Source of the DNA: Octopus vulgaris
Taxonomy: Eukaryota
Reading direction: 5' to 3'
Assembly (NCBI GenBank): GCA_951406725.2
Contig: OX597818.1
Location: forward strand, 88,474,001 to 88,538,000
DNA length: 64,000 bases
Part shown: positions 1-13,467 of the stretch, one piece after another
Layout: each line of letters opens with the position of its first letter
Position numbering within the stretch: position 1 is the first letter of the stretch
Program-made: the position numbers and the translations under genes
The notes under the pieces: generated by a model
Told to the model about the DNA's origin: nothing
Seen by the model: the letters and a program-made list of their open reading frames with translations, nothing else
Database searches by the model: none

Positions 1-1794
1 GGCACTCAACTGCCGATGCTTAGTACTTTCTTATAGCTGAAACGGTTGTAAGCTAATGAAAGTGATTACGTAACTTTTATCATATATTTCACACACGTGC
101 ACTCACACACAAACATATCGGTGTTGGGGTTCTACGTTGAGACCTAAGCAAATATTCATCATAGCGCCGCCAGTTCCTATGAAAGCGAAAGAAAACTCTT
201 GGAAACGGTTCTCTGGAAACAGTTCAGTGGAAGCGAAACCCTACTTCTCTGAGTATAGACCAGCAAAGTAGGCCAAGCCAAATATTCTCAATCAGCATGG
301 CGATCACTTTGACACCAGACGGATGGCAAACCGTCCGCCTGTACAGGCAATGGCAAATTAGATAGAAGGCGTTAGCTATTGTACGACACAAACATTTGAT
401 CACTATCAACAAACTGTCTGTGCAGGTTGTCCAGAAAAAAAAAAAATGTTACGAAACCATCAATTATCGTTTATGACGAGAAAGTCCATCATATATATAT
501 ATCGTGATCAATGGTGTTTAGTGTACAGAGAGTTGTGAGGCGAGTGCATCGGTCCAGCAGAAATATCTTCCTTGTTATATAATATAATGAGGGTAGAAGG
601 AAAAGGAGGAGTTAGTGGAGGAGGCAATGAAGTAATGGAGAAGAGAGATGAGAGAAAGATGGTAAAGGAAAAAAAAAAGATAAAAATTTCGGTAAAGAAG
701 AATAAGGAAAATTGAAATAACAATAAAAAAAAAACAGAAAAGGAGAAGGAGAAGGAGAAGGAGGAAGGTGAGAAAGAGGAAGAGAAGAAAGAGAAAAACC
801 AAGCAGTTTCTATGAAATAAATATAGCTATGGGGATAAACATTATTACAGTTCTTATCTGGTGGAATGTTCGGTAGAATTTTGTTTCGCCTAATGTTTTC
901 CTTTTGTCATTAGCTTAGAGAAACTATTAATACTGTGTATCTGTCAATTTATCAGTGTCTGTCTTAATGTGAGTATATATATATATATATTCACATACAT
1001 CTGTTATTACTTAAGTAGCGACGATTGAAATAAAGCCGGGTACTTTTATGTTTAACACGCTCCTGTACACTCAAACGTAGAAAGACGTTCGCTACAGTAA
1101 CTGTCTCGGAGGAATTATTCTTCTTACCAAAATTGGAACGATACAGAGAAATCTGTGTGAGTAAAAGCACACCGAACTGGACTCTGAATGACGGCGTTGG
1201 ACTGTAAGACATATTTTTCTAGGTAGTTACTGTAGCAGAAGCATGATCGCTTTTTACCTTTAGGTATCCGCATTTTGCCTTTTTACCTTTAGGTATCTAT
1301 TTTGGTCCCTCACGTGAAGGTCAAGTCCCTTTAGCTTTATGCAGACTGTCGAACCCTTAACGTGATAGATTAGCCAAGTGTCCGAACATCAGCTATTTAA
1401 GGGACTTTTTTTCACCTAATTCCTTAGGGAGGTGAGTTTGTTACGAGCGATTTTTGATCTTCGACATGAAAGCAGTTTATATAATTTTGCAGCTTCAAAA
1501 AGGAGAGATTTCTAACCAGAATGTTTGACGCTATGCTTTGCGTTTCTTCTAACATTTATTTTCAACTTCGAGAAATATTTTAAAACTATGCAATGATCTT
1601 AACAGAGTTCTTCAAGTTATACCAGTTGTTGCATTTAATCTTAGCGTTCAGAAAACAATGTTGCAAAACGGTTAACTTTAACGAGTCTTTATATTTTCTT
1701 AGTGATACTCATTCTGACTCATATTAACCAGAAGACATAATATTATCAAGGCTGAAACCACACTGCATTCATTCAACTACACTCGCTAAATTCT

Positions 1795-2372
1795 TTTCTG
1801 CTCTACGCACAAGGCCCGAAATTTTGTGGGAGGAGACCGGTCGATTAGATCGATCCCAGTACGCAACTGGTACTTAATTCATCAACCCCAAAAGTATGAA
1901 AGGCAAAGTTGACCTCAGCGGAATTTGAACTCAGAACGTCACGGTAGACGAAATACCTATTTCTTTACTACTCACAAGGGGCTAAACACAGACAGGACAA
2001 ACAAGGACAGACAAAGGGATTAAGTCGATTACATCGACCGCAGTGCGTAACTAGTACTTAATTTATCGATCCCGAAAGGATGAAAGGCAAAGTCGACCTC
2101 GGCGAAATTTGAACTCAGAATGTAACGGCAAACGAAATACCTATTTCTTTACTGCCCACAAGGGGCTACACACAGAGGCGACAAACAAGGACAGACAAAC
2201 GGATTAAGTCGATTATGTCGACCCCAGTGCGTAACTGGTACTTATTTAATCGACCCCGAAAGGATGAAAGACAAAGTTGACCTCGGCGGAATTTGAACTC
2301 AGAACGTAGCGGCAGACGAACTACCACTAAGCATTTCGTCCGGCGTGCTAACGTGTCTGCCAGCTCACCGCG
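1795..2372 (-). mobile_element. SINE family B, head-to-tail trimer of ~180-bp units
   Basis: Three copies of the core CGACCCCGAAAGGATGAAAGGCAAAGTCGACCTCGGCGGAATTTGAACTCAGAAC. tRNA-like head at the right end. The family recurs many times in the window. Confidence 0.85.
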
Positions 2373-2636
2373 TTACTACACTACATTCGCTAAACTACGA
2401 TTCATTAGTTACAACCACTGCCCACTTCAATCGAAACCTACTAAGAACTACCGTTCCTGCTTGTAAATACCATAAAAATACATTTGCTAGCGTGTGCAAA
2501 ATTTTGCCAAATTGGAATTTTTAAGAAGCATGTTAAGCAGCAACGATTAAAATAAAGCTGTATGCATTCATATCTAATACGCTTGCATATACTGAAGCGT
2601 GAAATTGGAATTTACATAGGCGTGTTAAATATATCT

Positions 2637-2915
2637 TTTATTTTTTATCGTTCACTTGTTTCAGTCATTAAACGGCGGCCATTCTGGGGCACCACTTGAA
2701 GAAGTTTTAATTGAACGAATCGACTTCAGTACATTTTTCTGATTTTTTTCCCCTTTTTGTTAAAGCTTGGTACTTATTCTGTCTCTTTTGCCGAGCCGCT
2801 AACTTACGAGGACGTAAACACGTCAACACCGGTAGTGTAACGGCTTCTTTCAGTTTCGATCTATCAGATTCACTCACGAGACTTTGGTCGAGCCGAGGCT
2901 ATACGAGAAGACACT
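2637..2915 (-). mobile_element. SINE family A fragment
   Basis: Reverse-complement match to the 3' part of the full copy at 23907-24367 (cttgtttcagtcatt...gaagacacttgc). Confidence 0.8.
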
Positions 2916-2979
2916 TGCTGCACGCTTTCTTATAGCTGACACGGTTGTAAGCTAATGAAAGTGATTATGTAACAGACAT

Positions 2980-3018
<39 letters not shown>

Positions 3019-3159
3019 CACTCGGAGGTTTTGGGGCATGTGAGCTGGATGGGATATTTATGTGTGTGCATGCGCATACATGCGTGTATGTATGTACATA
3101 TATCATAGATCGCTAGCCACTATACCTTTTTCTATTTTCTCTCCCTGTTTATTTCTGTG

Positions 3160-3200
3160 TTCTTTTCTGTCGAAGAGTGTAGGCTTGAAACGGAAAAGAC
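3160..3200 (+). ncRNA. Degenerate hammerhead-like motif (CUGUCGA core), probable Penelope-like relic
   Basis: tctttt-CTGTCGA-a-gagt gtag gctt-GAAAC-gga-aaaga. A related copy lies on the minus strand at ~15055-15095 with a perfect GAGC/GCTC stem II. Confidence 0.4.
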
Positions 3201-3267
3201 TTTCTTACTTTGGTGATCCCAAAACGAAAGTGGGCGACTGGACATGCCTTCAGCTTACTGGCTGTCA

Positions 3268-3640
3268 TCCAATGGCCGGAAAAGAACAATATGCTGCTGA
3301 ATGAGGACAAATTTGAGTTGATCCACTTCGGAAAAGAGGATACTATAAAGCTCCCTGAAACTCCCATACTTCCTTCCTTCGGGTAAAACTATCATGGCAT
3401 CCAACAACATCAGAAACTTGGGAGTAATTGTGGACAACAACAAAGTTGGGTCGCTCATATAAACAGCAAAACTGACATGGCTCTCGGAACGTGTTCCTGG
3501 ATTCTCAGAACTTTCCAGTCGAGAGATATTCACACCATTATCCTCCTTTTCTCAACCTTGAATAATGTTGTCCGCTGTGGTCTCCCCACACGAAACAAAT
3601 ACCATGAAAGTTAAGTGCCTCAAAGGTCAATTACAAGAAG
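3268..3640 (+). pseudogene. LINE ORF2 remnant (C-terminal RT/thumb region, CR1/L2-like)
   Basis: Manual translation gives QWPEKNNMLLNEDKFELIHFGK...*...IRNLGVIVDN, then WILRTFQSRD. Stops and frameshifts are present. Confidence 0.75.
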
Positions 3641-3687
3641 AAAAAAAAAGTTAGATGACTAGGTGCTGGCGGAGCAGCAAAAGCAGT

Positions 3688-4080
3688 GGAGACGCAATGG
3701 TCCAATGGTTAAGGCAGCGGACTCGCGGTTGGAGGATCGCGGTTTCGATTCCTAGACCGGGGGTTGTGTGTGCTTAATGAGCGAAAACACCTAAAGCTCC
3801 ACGAGGCTCCAGCAGGGGGTGGTGGCGACCCCTGTTGTACTCTTTCGCTCTAACTTTCTCTCACTCTTTCTTCCTGTTTCTTGTCCCCGACTTCCTACGC
3901 AACCGCTGAGCCTGGATGCGCGTTCATCCATCCGTCGATGCTTTCGGTATCGGGGGTTGACCTGCTTTCACTTCCGCGGGTCTTACGAATACTAAAGGAC
4001 CACGTTTCGGACTTCTCCCATCTTGCGAGCTCTGGGACGAAGACCGCTCGCTCGCTCAACAGAAACCGCAACAGCAACAG
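3688..4080 (+). mobile_element. SINE family C (tRNA-derived head)
   Basis: A-box-like tggtccaatgg and B-box-like ggtttcgattcc. Homologous to 42585-42813 and 62038-62340. The 3' limit is approximate. Confidence 0.8.
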
Positions 4081-5436
4081 CAGCAAAAGCAACTCCGCAT
4101 GGAAATCGTTCAGGACATGCCCGACCGTGCAAAGCAGGACGCAGACTTCATGAAGACCATCATCACTGGTGAGACATCGGATTATAGTCTCTGCTCGGTG
4201 CGTTCGGTCATCTTGCCTGAAAAATATAATGAAACAAGCGCGCACTACGCATCTGCACTCTATGCCTAACAGCCGGGAACAGAGACGGCCAACCTACTTT
4301 TTGAACACACCTCGTATATATTAATGAACTTTCGAGAGAACGTGAAATAATTCTTTTTTGGAATAAGTAACCTGGAAGCACTTAAAGCTTTAAACATTTT
4401 CTATCCAAAAGAGCTTTTCAACCCAATATTTGTAAGCTATTATTCACAACGTTATGTGCTTCGAACGCCACTAATGCATATATATGTGACCGTGTGAGCG
4501 TACGTATGCATGTGCATGCGCGTGTGTGAGCATTTTAGTCTTAATTCTTCGGTGTTTCGTTCCCATGATATGCTTCTAAATATTAAATTCATCATTCCAT
4601 CTCATTCTCTTTGCTATAAATCTATAAACCTGTGCTTTTCTACCTCAATAACACATTATCATTTTATCAACAATATAGTTTTATTGATCCAAATAGAATA
4701 TTCTTTGAGATTATGTTTTCAATAATTTCCACACTTTATTTATTTATTTATTTATTTATTATGCCTTATATTCATTTATTTCGGTTTAGATGTTAAATTG
4801 TAAAAACCTGACATGTTTTCAAGAAACGATAACTTGTAGAAAAATTAAATGAGTAAAATTTTACGATTCAAAACTGAGAAATGTAAATAAGAATTAGAAT
4901 CTAAGTTAAATGTATTTATTAGAATGTATATAACAGAAAATGAATGCATGGTTAAGTATTTGGTTTTGCCATCACTTGCTTTCGGATTCAATCGCACTGC
5001 GTGGCACCTTGGTCAAGATTCAACCAGTGCCTAGTGTGGGAATTTGGTAAACGGAAACTGTGTAGAAGCCCGTCGTGTATATACATAATAGTTACATACT
5101 GGAATCTGTAAAACTTTCCAGAAATTTATCATTTAAATATATGTGAGTATGTCTTGATATGCAAATAAATGCATGCGAGTACATACATAGAGCAAAATAT
5201 ACAAATCTGCTCTCACACACACATACATACATACATACATACATACAAACATACATACATATTAATAAATAAACAAAAGCACTTTATTGTTGATGGTGAA
5301 ATTCCAATGAAGGAACCTTGGATCTAGGTTAGAAACCAGCTCTTTCTAAAGTGAGGCAAGAAATCTTGAAATGAAACTGAATAACATACATACACACACA
5401 TACATATATGCATACATACATACATACATACATACA

Positions 5437-5470
<34 letters not shown>

Positions 5471-5939
5471 CATACATACGTACATAAGTATGTATATGTT
5501 TTTGTGTTCGTGTTTGTTTCCATATCATCTGACAGTCGTCGTTGGTAACTTTACGCTCCTTTGACTTTGCGGTTCGACAAAAGAATAAGTACTAGATTGA
5601 CAAAACCAAGTATTCGTGTCGATTTGCATGACTAAACTCTTCAAGGTAGCGCTCCAGCATGACCACAGTGAAATGACTAAAACAAGTAGGATAAAAAAAA
5701 TATATTAAAATATTCTTTTCTAATTGAGGAACTATGTCAGCAACGTTGAGGAGAAAGATCAGTCGATGTCATCGACCTCGGGATTTGATGGGTCCCGGAG
5801 CGTTGACGGTTAAAATTAACCAATGCAGGATTTGAAATCAGACAGTAAAGAACCGCAAAAAATACTCTACGGTGGTTTGTTCGATGCACAAACGGTTCTG
5901 TCAAGACATACATTTAAACATATCGGTTTCAAATTCTGG

Positions 5940-6168
5940 CGGCGAGCTGGCAGAATCATTAGCACGTCGGGCGAAATGCTCATCAGTATTTCATCTGTCG
6001 CTACGTTCTGAGTTCAAATTCCGCCGAGGTCGACTTTGCCTTTCATCCTTTCGGGGTCGATTAAATAAGTACCAGTTACGCACTGGGGTCGATATGATCG
6101 ACTTAATCCGTTTGTCCATCCTTGTTTGTCCTCTCTGTGTGTAGCCTCTTGTGGTTAGTAAAGAAATA
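5940..6168 (+). mobile_element. Full-length SINE family B copy with a 15-bp target-site duplication
   Basis: GGTTTCAAATTCTGG occurs at 5925-5939 and 6169-6183. The element ends in ...gtaaagaaata and sits inside an oppositely oriented SINE-B tail. Confidence 0.8.
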
Positions 6169-6184
6169 GGTTTCAAATTCTGGT

Positions 6185-7210
6185 ACAAGACCAACAAGTT
6201 CCGGGAAGGGGACTAGTTGACTTTATCGACTTCAGTACTCATCTGGTACTTATTTTATCGACCCTTAAAGCATAAAAGACCAAATCGAACTCGGTGGAAT
6301 TCGAACTGAGAGCGTAAAAATAGATACAGATAAAATACTGCTAAGCACTGTGTCGGTGTGCTAGCGACATTGCTAGTTCGCCGTCTTACACTTATCTAGA
6401 TATATTGCACAAGGCCGAAAGAATGAAAGGCAAAGATGACCTCGGGTACTTACTTGATCAACCGCAAAAGGATGGAGGGCAAAAATCGACCTCGGCGGAA
6501 TTTGAACTCAGGACGTAAAAACGGACTAAATACCTATTTCTTTACTACCCACAATGGGCTAAACACAGAGAGGACCAACAAGGACAGGCAAACGGATTAA
6601 GTCGATTATATCGACCCCAGTGCGTAACCGGTACTTATTTAATCGACCCCGAAAGGATGAAAGGCAAAGTCGACCTCGGTGGAATTTGAACACAGAACGC
6701 AGCGGCAGACGAAATACCTATTTCTTTATTACCCACAAGTGGATAAACATAGAGTGCAGAAACAAGGACAGACATAGGTATTAAGTCGATTACATCGACC
6801 CCAGTGCGTAACTGGCACTTAATTTATCGACCCCGAAAGGATGAAAGGTAAAGTCGACCTCGGCGGAATTTGAACTCAGAACGTAACGGCAGACGAAATA
6901 CCACTAAGCATTTCACCCGGCGTGCTAACGATTCTGCCAGCTCGGACTAAATACCGCTAAGCATTTTGTCTGACGTGCTGATGATTCTGTCAGTTCATCG
7001 CCTTTGATATCCAAATTTTGGCACAAGGCCTGCAAGTTCAGTGGGAGGAGATAAGTTGCTTACGTTGAGCCCTGTGCTCAACGGGTACTTACTTGATCAA
7101 CCCTGAAAGGATGAAGGACAAAAATCGACCTCGGCGGAATTTGAACACAGAACGTAAGAGTATATTAAATGACGGTGAGAATTTTGCTCAACGTGCTAAC
7201 AATTCTGCCA
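6185..7210 (-). mobile_element. Cluster and tandem array of SINE family B copies
   Basis: At least five copies of the GAAAGGATGAAAGGCAAAGTCGACCTCGG core. Confidence 0.85.
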
Positions 7211-7475
7211 CAAATTTAAATATATAAAATCAATAATCAGTTTTCTCATTCAAATTTTTAAAATAAAATTTCAATCCTTTTCGAATTATTTGTTTTCTTT
7301 TACCAAATGTATTTTTACAGTTTAGAAGAAATAACATTTTGGTTTTAGCAATTTTACATGTAAAGATACACAACACCAATAAATAATTAAATAAAAGAGA
7401 AAACTGACAAAAGCTAATATTCATATATACGTATGTGTTTCTGTGCATATATATCTTCATGTATGTATTTATGTA

Positions 7476-7476
<1 letters not shown>

Positions 7477-7557
<81 letters not shown>

Positions 7558-7560
7558 CTA

Positions 7561-7620
<60 letters not shown>

Positions 7621-7623
7621 ATC

Positions 7624-7656
<33 letters not shown>

Positions 7657-7673
7657 CCTATCATCTATCTATG

Positions 7674-7740
<67 letters not shown>

Positions 7741-7756
7741 ATATCTATCTATATCT
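7477..7756. repeat. (ATCT)n microsatellite
   Basis: Direct reading. It is the source of the spurious YLSI ORFs. Confidence 0.97.
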
Positions 7757-8025
7757 ATATTTATATCGATTTTTTTTAGACTTCCCATTTAGTTACTTTT
7801 TCCTTCCAATATATTCTCCACATAAGTTTTTGAATATTCTACCCTATTTTTACGCCTATAGTTTTTTCCATTCTTTCCTTTTTTTCGGTTTCCCTACATC
7901 TTATGTATTTTGTATGTTTACCTTGTTCTTCCAATATTTTCTTTCTGCATCGGTTTCCCATACGCATAATACATACATACATACATACATACATACAAAT
8001 ATACATAATACATACACACATACAC

Positions 8026-8086
<61 letters not shown>

Positions 8087-8280
8087 CATTATCAGTTGCA
8101 TGTACAAGCGAGAGGCGAAAAAAGCGCTTTTAATGTATGCTGTGCAGTTTATTTAAAGGCTGGGAAAAACGTTAACAAGTTATAACTCGAATATCGCTAT
8201 AGAGACGATGTTGTTGCTTTTGTTGGTGATGATGTTGATGATTATGATAATGATGACGATGACGATGATGAGCTCTTCCT

Positions 8281-8320
<40 letters not shown>

Positions 8321-8600
8321 ACTTTACATTTCCACGCTTATGCCCATGCACGCACACGCACACATACATAATATATATATACATATATAAATATATGTAT
8401 ATATATATGAATATATATATATGTACTTATATAAATATATAAATACATATATATATATATACTTAAGTGTGTGTATGTATATATATATATATATATATAT
8501 ATACATACGTATATACATATATATATGTATATATACGTATAGATATATACATATAAGTATTATATATATATACAGAATAAATATATACATACTTATACAC

Positions 8601-8631
<31 letters not shown>

Positions 8632-8668
8632 CATACATACAAATAGGCAGATACATACATGCATACAA

Positions 8669-8734
<66 letters not shown>

Positions 8735-9126
8735 TAAAGATGGCCAATTAAGATTGATGCATATTAAAATGTAACACACAACATTAATGGCTAAACGGTG
8801 GAACACAAATCAAGAAGTAAACACACCGGTTTATGAAGGGAAGCTCACGGGTGGAGGGGAATCCACAGGTGGTGGTAGTTTGCAACTCGAAGAATGTCTA
8901 AATTTGAAGAGAACTTGAGCGTGGTGTAAAACGACAATAAAAACGTATGAATGGATTATATGGGTATCGCTGCAATGCCGTCATTAAGAAGTTTTATTGC
9001 ATTCTAACATCGTACAAGAAGGTATGCATGAAGCGCAACATCTATGAGAAACTGCAAAACACGACCGAGAATCTCTCAAATCATCAGACTTCGCCCTGTT
9101 GCATAGGAGTAAATATTCATGTCCGG

Positions 9127-9903
9127 TAAGTTCACCGTCATCAATTCATCGCACAGAAAGTTTCAGCGTCATCGATTCACCGCAAGGAAAGTTCACCGTC
9201 ATTAATTCACCGCAAGGAAAGTTCACCGTCATCAAGTCACCGCAGGGAAAGTTTACTGTCATCAAGTCACCGCAGGACAAGTACAGCGTCAGTAATTCAC
9301 AGCAGGGAAATTCACTGTTATCATTTCACCGCAGGGTAAGTTCAGCGTCATCATTTCACCGCAAGGAAAGTTAACCGTCATCAAGTCATCGCAGGGAATG
9401 TTTACTGTCATCAATTCACCCCAGGGAAAGTTCACTGTCATCAATTCACCGCAAGGAAAGTTTACCGACATCATTACTCCGCAGGAATAGTTCACCGTCA
9501 TCAGTTCACCGCAAGGAAAATTCATCGTCATCAATTCACCGCAGGGAAAATCCAACGTCATCAATACTCCGCAGGGATAGTTCACCGTCATCAGTTCACA
9601 GCAGGGAAAGTTTATCGACATCAGTACTCCGCAAGGAAAATTCATCGTCATCAGTTCACCGCAGGGAAAGTCCAACGTCATCAGTACTCCGCAGGCATAG
9701 TTCACCGTCATCAGTTCATCGCAAGGAAAATCCATCGTCATCAGTTCACCGCAGGGAAAAATCCAACGTCATCAATACTCCGCAGGGATAGTTCATTGTC
9801 ATCAATTCACCGCAGGGAAAGTACAACGTCCTCAATTCAATGCAGGGAAAGTTCGCTGTCATTAATTCACTGTTGGGAAAGTTCATTGTTATCAATTCAC
9901 CAC
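9127..9903. repeat. 30-bp minisatellite (~25 units, consensus near GGAAAGTTCACCGTCATCAATTCACCGCAG) made of 15-bp subunits
   Basis: Direct reading. Inverted subunits (gtgaactt/gtgaatt) follow at ~9995-10035. Confidence 0.92.
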
Positions 9904-10290
9904 GTTTTTTTATTTTTTTTTAATTTTCCATAAAATAGTTTTTAACTATTAATGGTAAGAAACTTTAGATATATTTTCTCGGTAATCTGTCGCCGTGGTG
10001 AACTTGCGCTACGGTGAATTGGTGGCAGTGAACTTAACTATAATCCAAATATTGATATGGTTTTGAACAGCGTACTCTACAAACATGCATACATACATAG
10101 TGTGTGTATATATATATAATAATGATATAGATTATATATATATATATATATATATACATACATATATACATACATTCATATATGCATATATGGGTACTGT
10201 GTAAACAACATGAAATACGAAAACAAACAAGTTAAATACGCAAACAACGAGAGAAAAATGGGAAACAGGATAAGTAACACAAAGAACGAC

Positions 10291-10350
10291 CCCCTCATCA
10301 GTTGTCGGCAGTCTATCTACCCATTTCGAGCATTCAACGACAATATAAGT
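10291..10350 (-). ncRNA. Candidate non-circularly permuted hammerhead ribozyme
   Basis: Minus strand reads acttAUA|ttgtcg-ttgaatg-ctc-GAAA-tgggt-agatagactgc-cgacaa-CTGATGA-gggg. Stem I 6 bp, stem III 6 bp, stem II 3 bp. Confidence 0.65.
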
Positions 10351-10429
10351 CTTCAAAGACAGTTGTTCCCATAAAATCCAACTTCCAGCACTTCACATGT
10401 CCATCTCCTTTAGGCTTTCACGTCATAAA

Positions 10430-10781
10430 CGCCAGCTTAATTTGATTTGTTTTCAGTCGACAGACATGTTATTTTCTTGTGTTTGTATTTGTAATTGTGT
10501 ACCATATTCTCCGTTTTTTTGTCTTTGTTGCAGAACACATTCACTAGCTTTCTTACAAAAAGCTCTAATGCACTTAGCTTAGACATTTTGGGGGCAATCA
10601 GATCGAATCATCTCAAGTGTAATTGCCCGAAACAGTAAGGACCTCTGGTAACTTGACTGGGGAAAACAGGCCACGAATAACCCGTCTTTTTTTGCCTGTC
10701 CTTCTAATTGTTGTTTCTCCTGTCCGCCTTTGTATCGTCTATCTGTCCGAATGTTTTATTCTTTTCTGTTTCGTTTTTGTT

Positions 10782-10785
<4 letters not shown>
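10430..10785 (+). mobile_element. Interspersed repeat with a GAAA-before-CTGAGGA hammerhead-like layout (family 2)
   Basis: Homologues at 19088-19440 (+), 28480-28630 (-), 44850-45070 (+) and 62470-62588 (-). Confidence 0.7.
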
Positions 10786-10861
<76 letters not shown>

Positions 10862-11183
10862 GATTGAGATGACAAACGAAAGAGAAAGGCACTCAACACA
10901 CTTAGTAGAAGATATATATGTTATTATCAATTGAAACAGTTTGTTTCGTGCGATTTAAAGTTTCGCAGGCTTCAAACAGAAACCTATTTTCTTTTTCAGG
11001 CTTACATTACCGATTTAGTAATCTAATTAAAAAATTGATAATCTAAGTCGGAAACAAATGTTAGAGACCGGCAAAATTTAAGTCACACGGTGCCGTATCA
11101 AACTGTTTTAAATAACATATATGTATGTATATACACACACACACACACACACACATATGTATGTACGTACGTATGTATGTATG

Positions 11184-11217
<34 letters not shown>

Positions 11218-11273
11218 TGTATGTATGTATGTATGGGAGATATAAATAGATAGATATATATATATATATATAT

Positions 11274-11353
<80 letters not shown>

Positions 11354-12980
11354 AACTCCGCTGAAGGTGGTTGTCTCTAAACGGATGACAATTTAATTTA
11401 CCATGAACGACCCTTACCTCGGTGTTTCACGCTGTTTTCCGTCAGTTAAATTTCAAAGAAGGAATTTATTTTCTCAGCCCAAAGTTTGTCTAGTGCTCTA
11501 CGGAATGAAATCGAGTCCGGTTCAATATATTTGTGAAACAAATAATCATAATCTTACATCCATTGTGCTCTGCTGTGGAAAATTGTTGCTTTGCATGAGA
11601 TATTGTTTCTGAAGGGCCATTGTTAAAATTGGAAGAGGGTAATTTACTTCAACTAAAGATCGAAACCGTTTCACACATTCAAGGCTGGTGAAGAGTCTAC
11701 ATTTTGTTGCTAGGCATTCGTTGCCGTAAAGAAACAAATTTGGTGGGGCGGAGAGAAATTCCTGTTAGAATTTTACAAATAAATAGTTTTAAATTATTAT
11801 ACTTATTGTGACAAAGAATCATACGAAATAAAATTACAGACATACACGTATGTAAATATGTATGTATGCATGTATGTATGTATGTATGTATGTATGTATG
11901 TATGTATGTATGTATGTATGTATGTATAAATAGATGGAAATAGAGAGATAGATAGACAGATAGATGTGTGTGTGTGTGTATATATATATATTTATATATG
12001 CATACATACATACACACATACATACATACATACATACATACATACATACATACATACATACGTATTTATGCCTGCAAATATTTATGCATGTGTAAATATG
12101 TTAGAGAGGTTCCCATACACACACACATACACACACACATACACACATATGCACACAAGTATGTATTTGTATCTCTTCGCCATCTCTCTCTCTCTGTATA
12201 TATATATATATATAGAGAGAGAGAGGGAGAGGGAGAGAGACAGATCTATTTATATATTTATGAATTTTTATATTCATTCTTGCATAAATACATATACACA
12301 GACATATGTGTGAGGTTGTATGTATGTTTATATGCGTGTGGGTTTGTGTGCATGTGCGTATGCCTGTGTGTTTGCGTATGTGTATGTTTGTGTGTATATA
12401 TGTGTACATGTTTGTAGAAAAAAAAATATCCCACATTAAAAATCAAAACAAAAAATGCCGTGTTCAGAAAAAGGAAGTCAAACAAATACGCGTTCATAGA
12501 ATTAGAGATTTTGTTTGTTTTTTACAAACATATTCAAAATAATGATTGAGAAAGATGAAGACACTTGTTAACTAAATGAAGTGTTGCCATCGATAAAATT
12601 CTTTTATGATTGCTAGCCTCGGGTGGTATGTTTGAACAAAGCGTATTACGAGAGAGGGCGGAGAGAGACGGAGAAAAGCAGAGAGAGGCGGAGAGAGGGA
12701 ATAAGAGTGAAAGAGAAAGACAGAGAGACAGAGGGACAGAGAGAGAGAGAGAGAGAGAGAGAGTGTGTGTGTGAATTTTGAAGGGTGATATAAGAGTTTG
12801 ATATGATCCAACTATAGTTAAAATGGATGACGAAACAGGAAACAGGAAGAAGAAAAAATATCCATCCATTTTCTTCATAAAATGTGTGGCAGTTTTATTA
12901 CGCACGCGCACAGACGCACACACGAAAGCACAAATACACACCTACATACTCCCTGTGCGCACACATACAGACACACAAAC

Positions 12981-13046
<66 letters not shown>

Positions 13047-13287
13047 AATCGCTTTCTCAAACATGAGCGCTATTTGTTTCCTACCTTAAGGAACCTCCAT
13101 CAGCTTCGACTATGAGTATTCTGTTTATCGAAATATGATGCCTAGTGGTCGAAATGCTGCAGTGACGATCACGGGATTCCGGTTTCGATCCCCGGGCCAG
13201 ATCGGGTGGTGTGTTGTGTTTTTTTGAGCAAAAACACTCTATATCGCTTTGTCTTGTAATCACTTCAACATTTGACGAATGGCACAC

Positions 13288-13453
13288 TGTTGTGTGGACG
13301 CCCCCAGACTATGAAATAGGCTAGCCCAATACGTAGATATAGAGGGAGAAGTCTAGACGTCAAAGAGTAGTAGCAGAGTAGCGGTAAGAGCAGAGTTGAG
13401 CAGAGTTGAGTTGAGAGATTTGAGTAGAAGGCATCCGAACGGGTGACATAACA
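13288..13453 (+). mobile_element. Short LTR of a Gypsy-like retrotransposon remnant, inserted after a tRNA/CORE-like SINE head (~13138-13280)
   Basis: Termini TGTTGTGT...ACATAACA (TG..CA, inverted 7/8), followed after 1 nt by the PBS. Confidence 0.65.
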
Positions 13454-13454
13454 G

Positions 13455-13467
13455 TGGCGACGAGGAT
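13455..13467 (+). other. Primer-binding site complementary to the tRNA-Ser(GCU) 3' end
   Basis: TGGCGACGAGGAT is the reverse complement of ...ATCCTCGTCG-CCA. Confidence 0.7.

Noticed and set aside
7433-8806. Long ORFs rich in YI, YLSI, HT or VC (here and throughout the window)
   Set aside because: They are translations of (TA)n, (ATCT)n, (CA)n and (TACA)n microsatellites that lack stops by composition.
9099-9741. Repetitive ORFs, or a CRISPR-like periodicity
   Set aside because: Contiguous 30-bp tandem units with no unique spacers; eukaryotic context and no cas genes.
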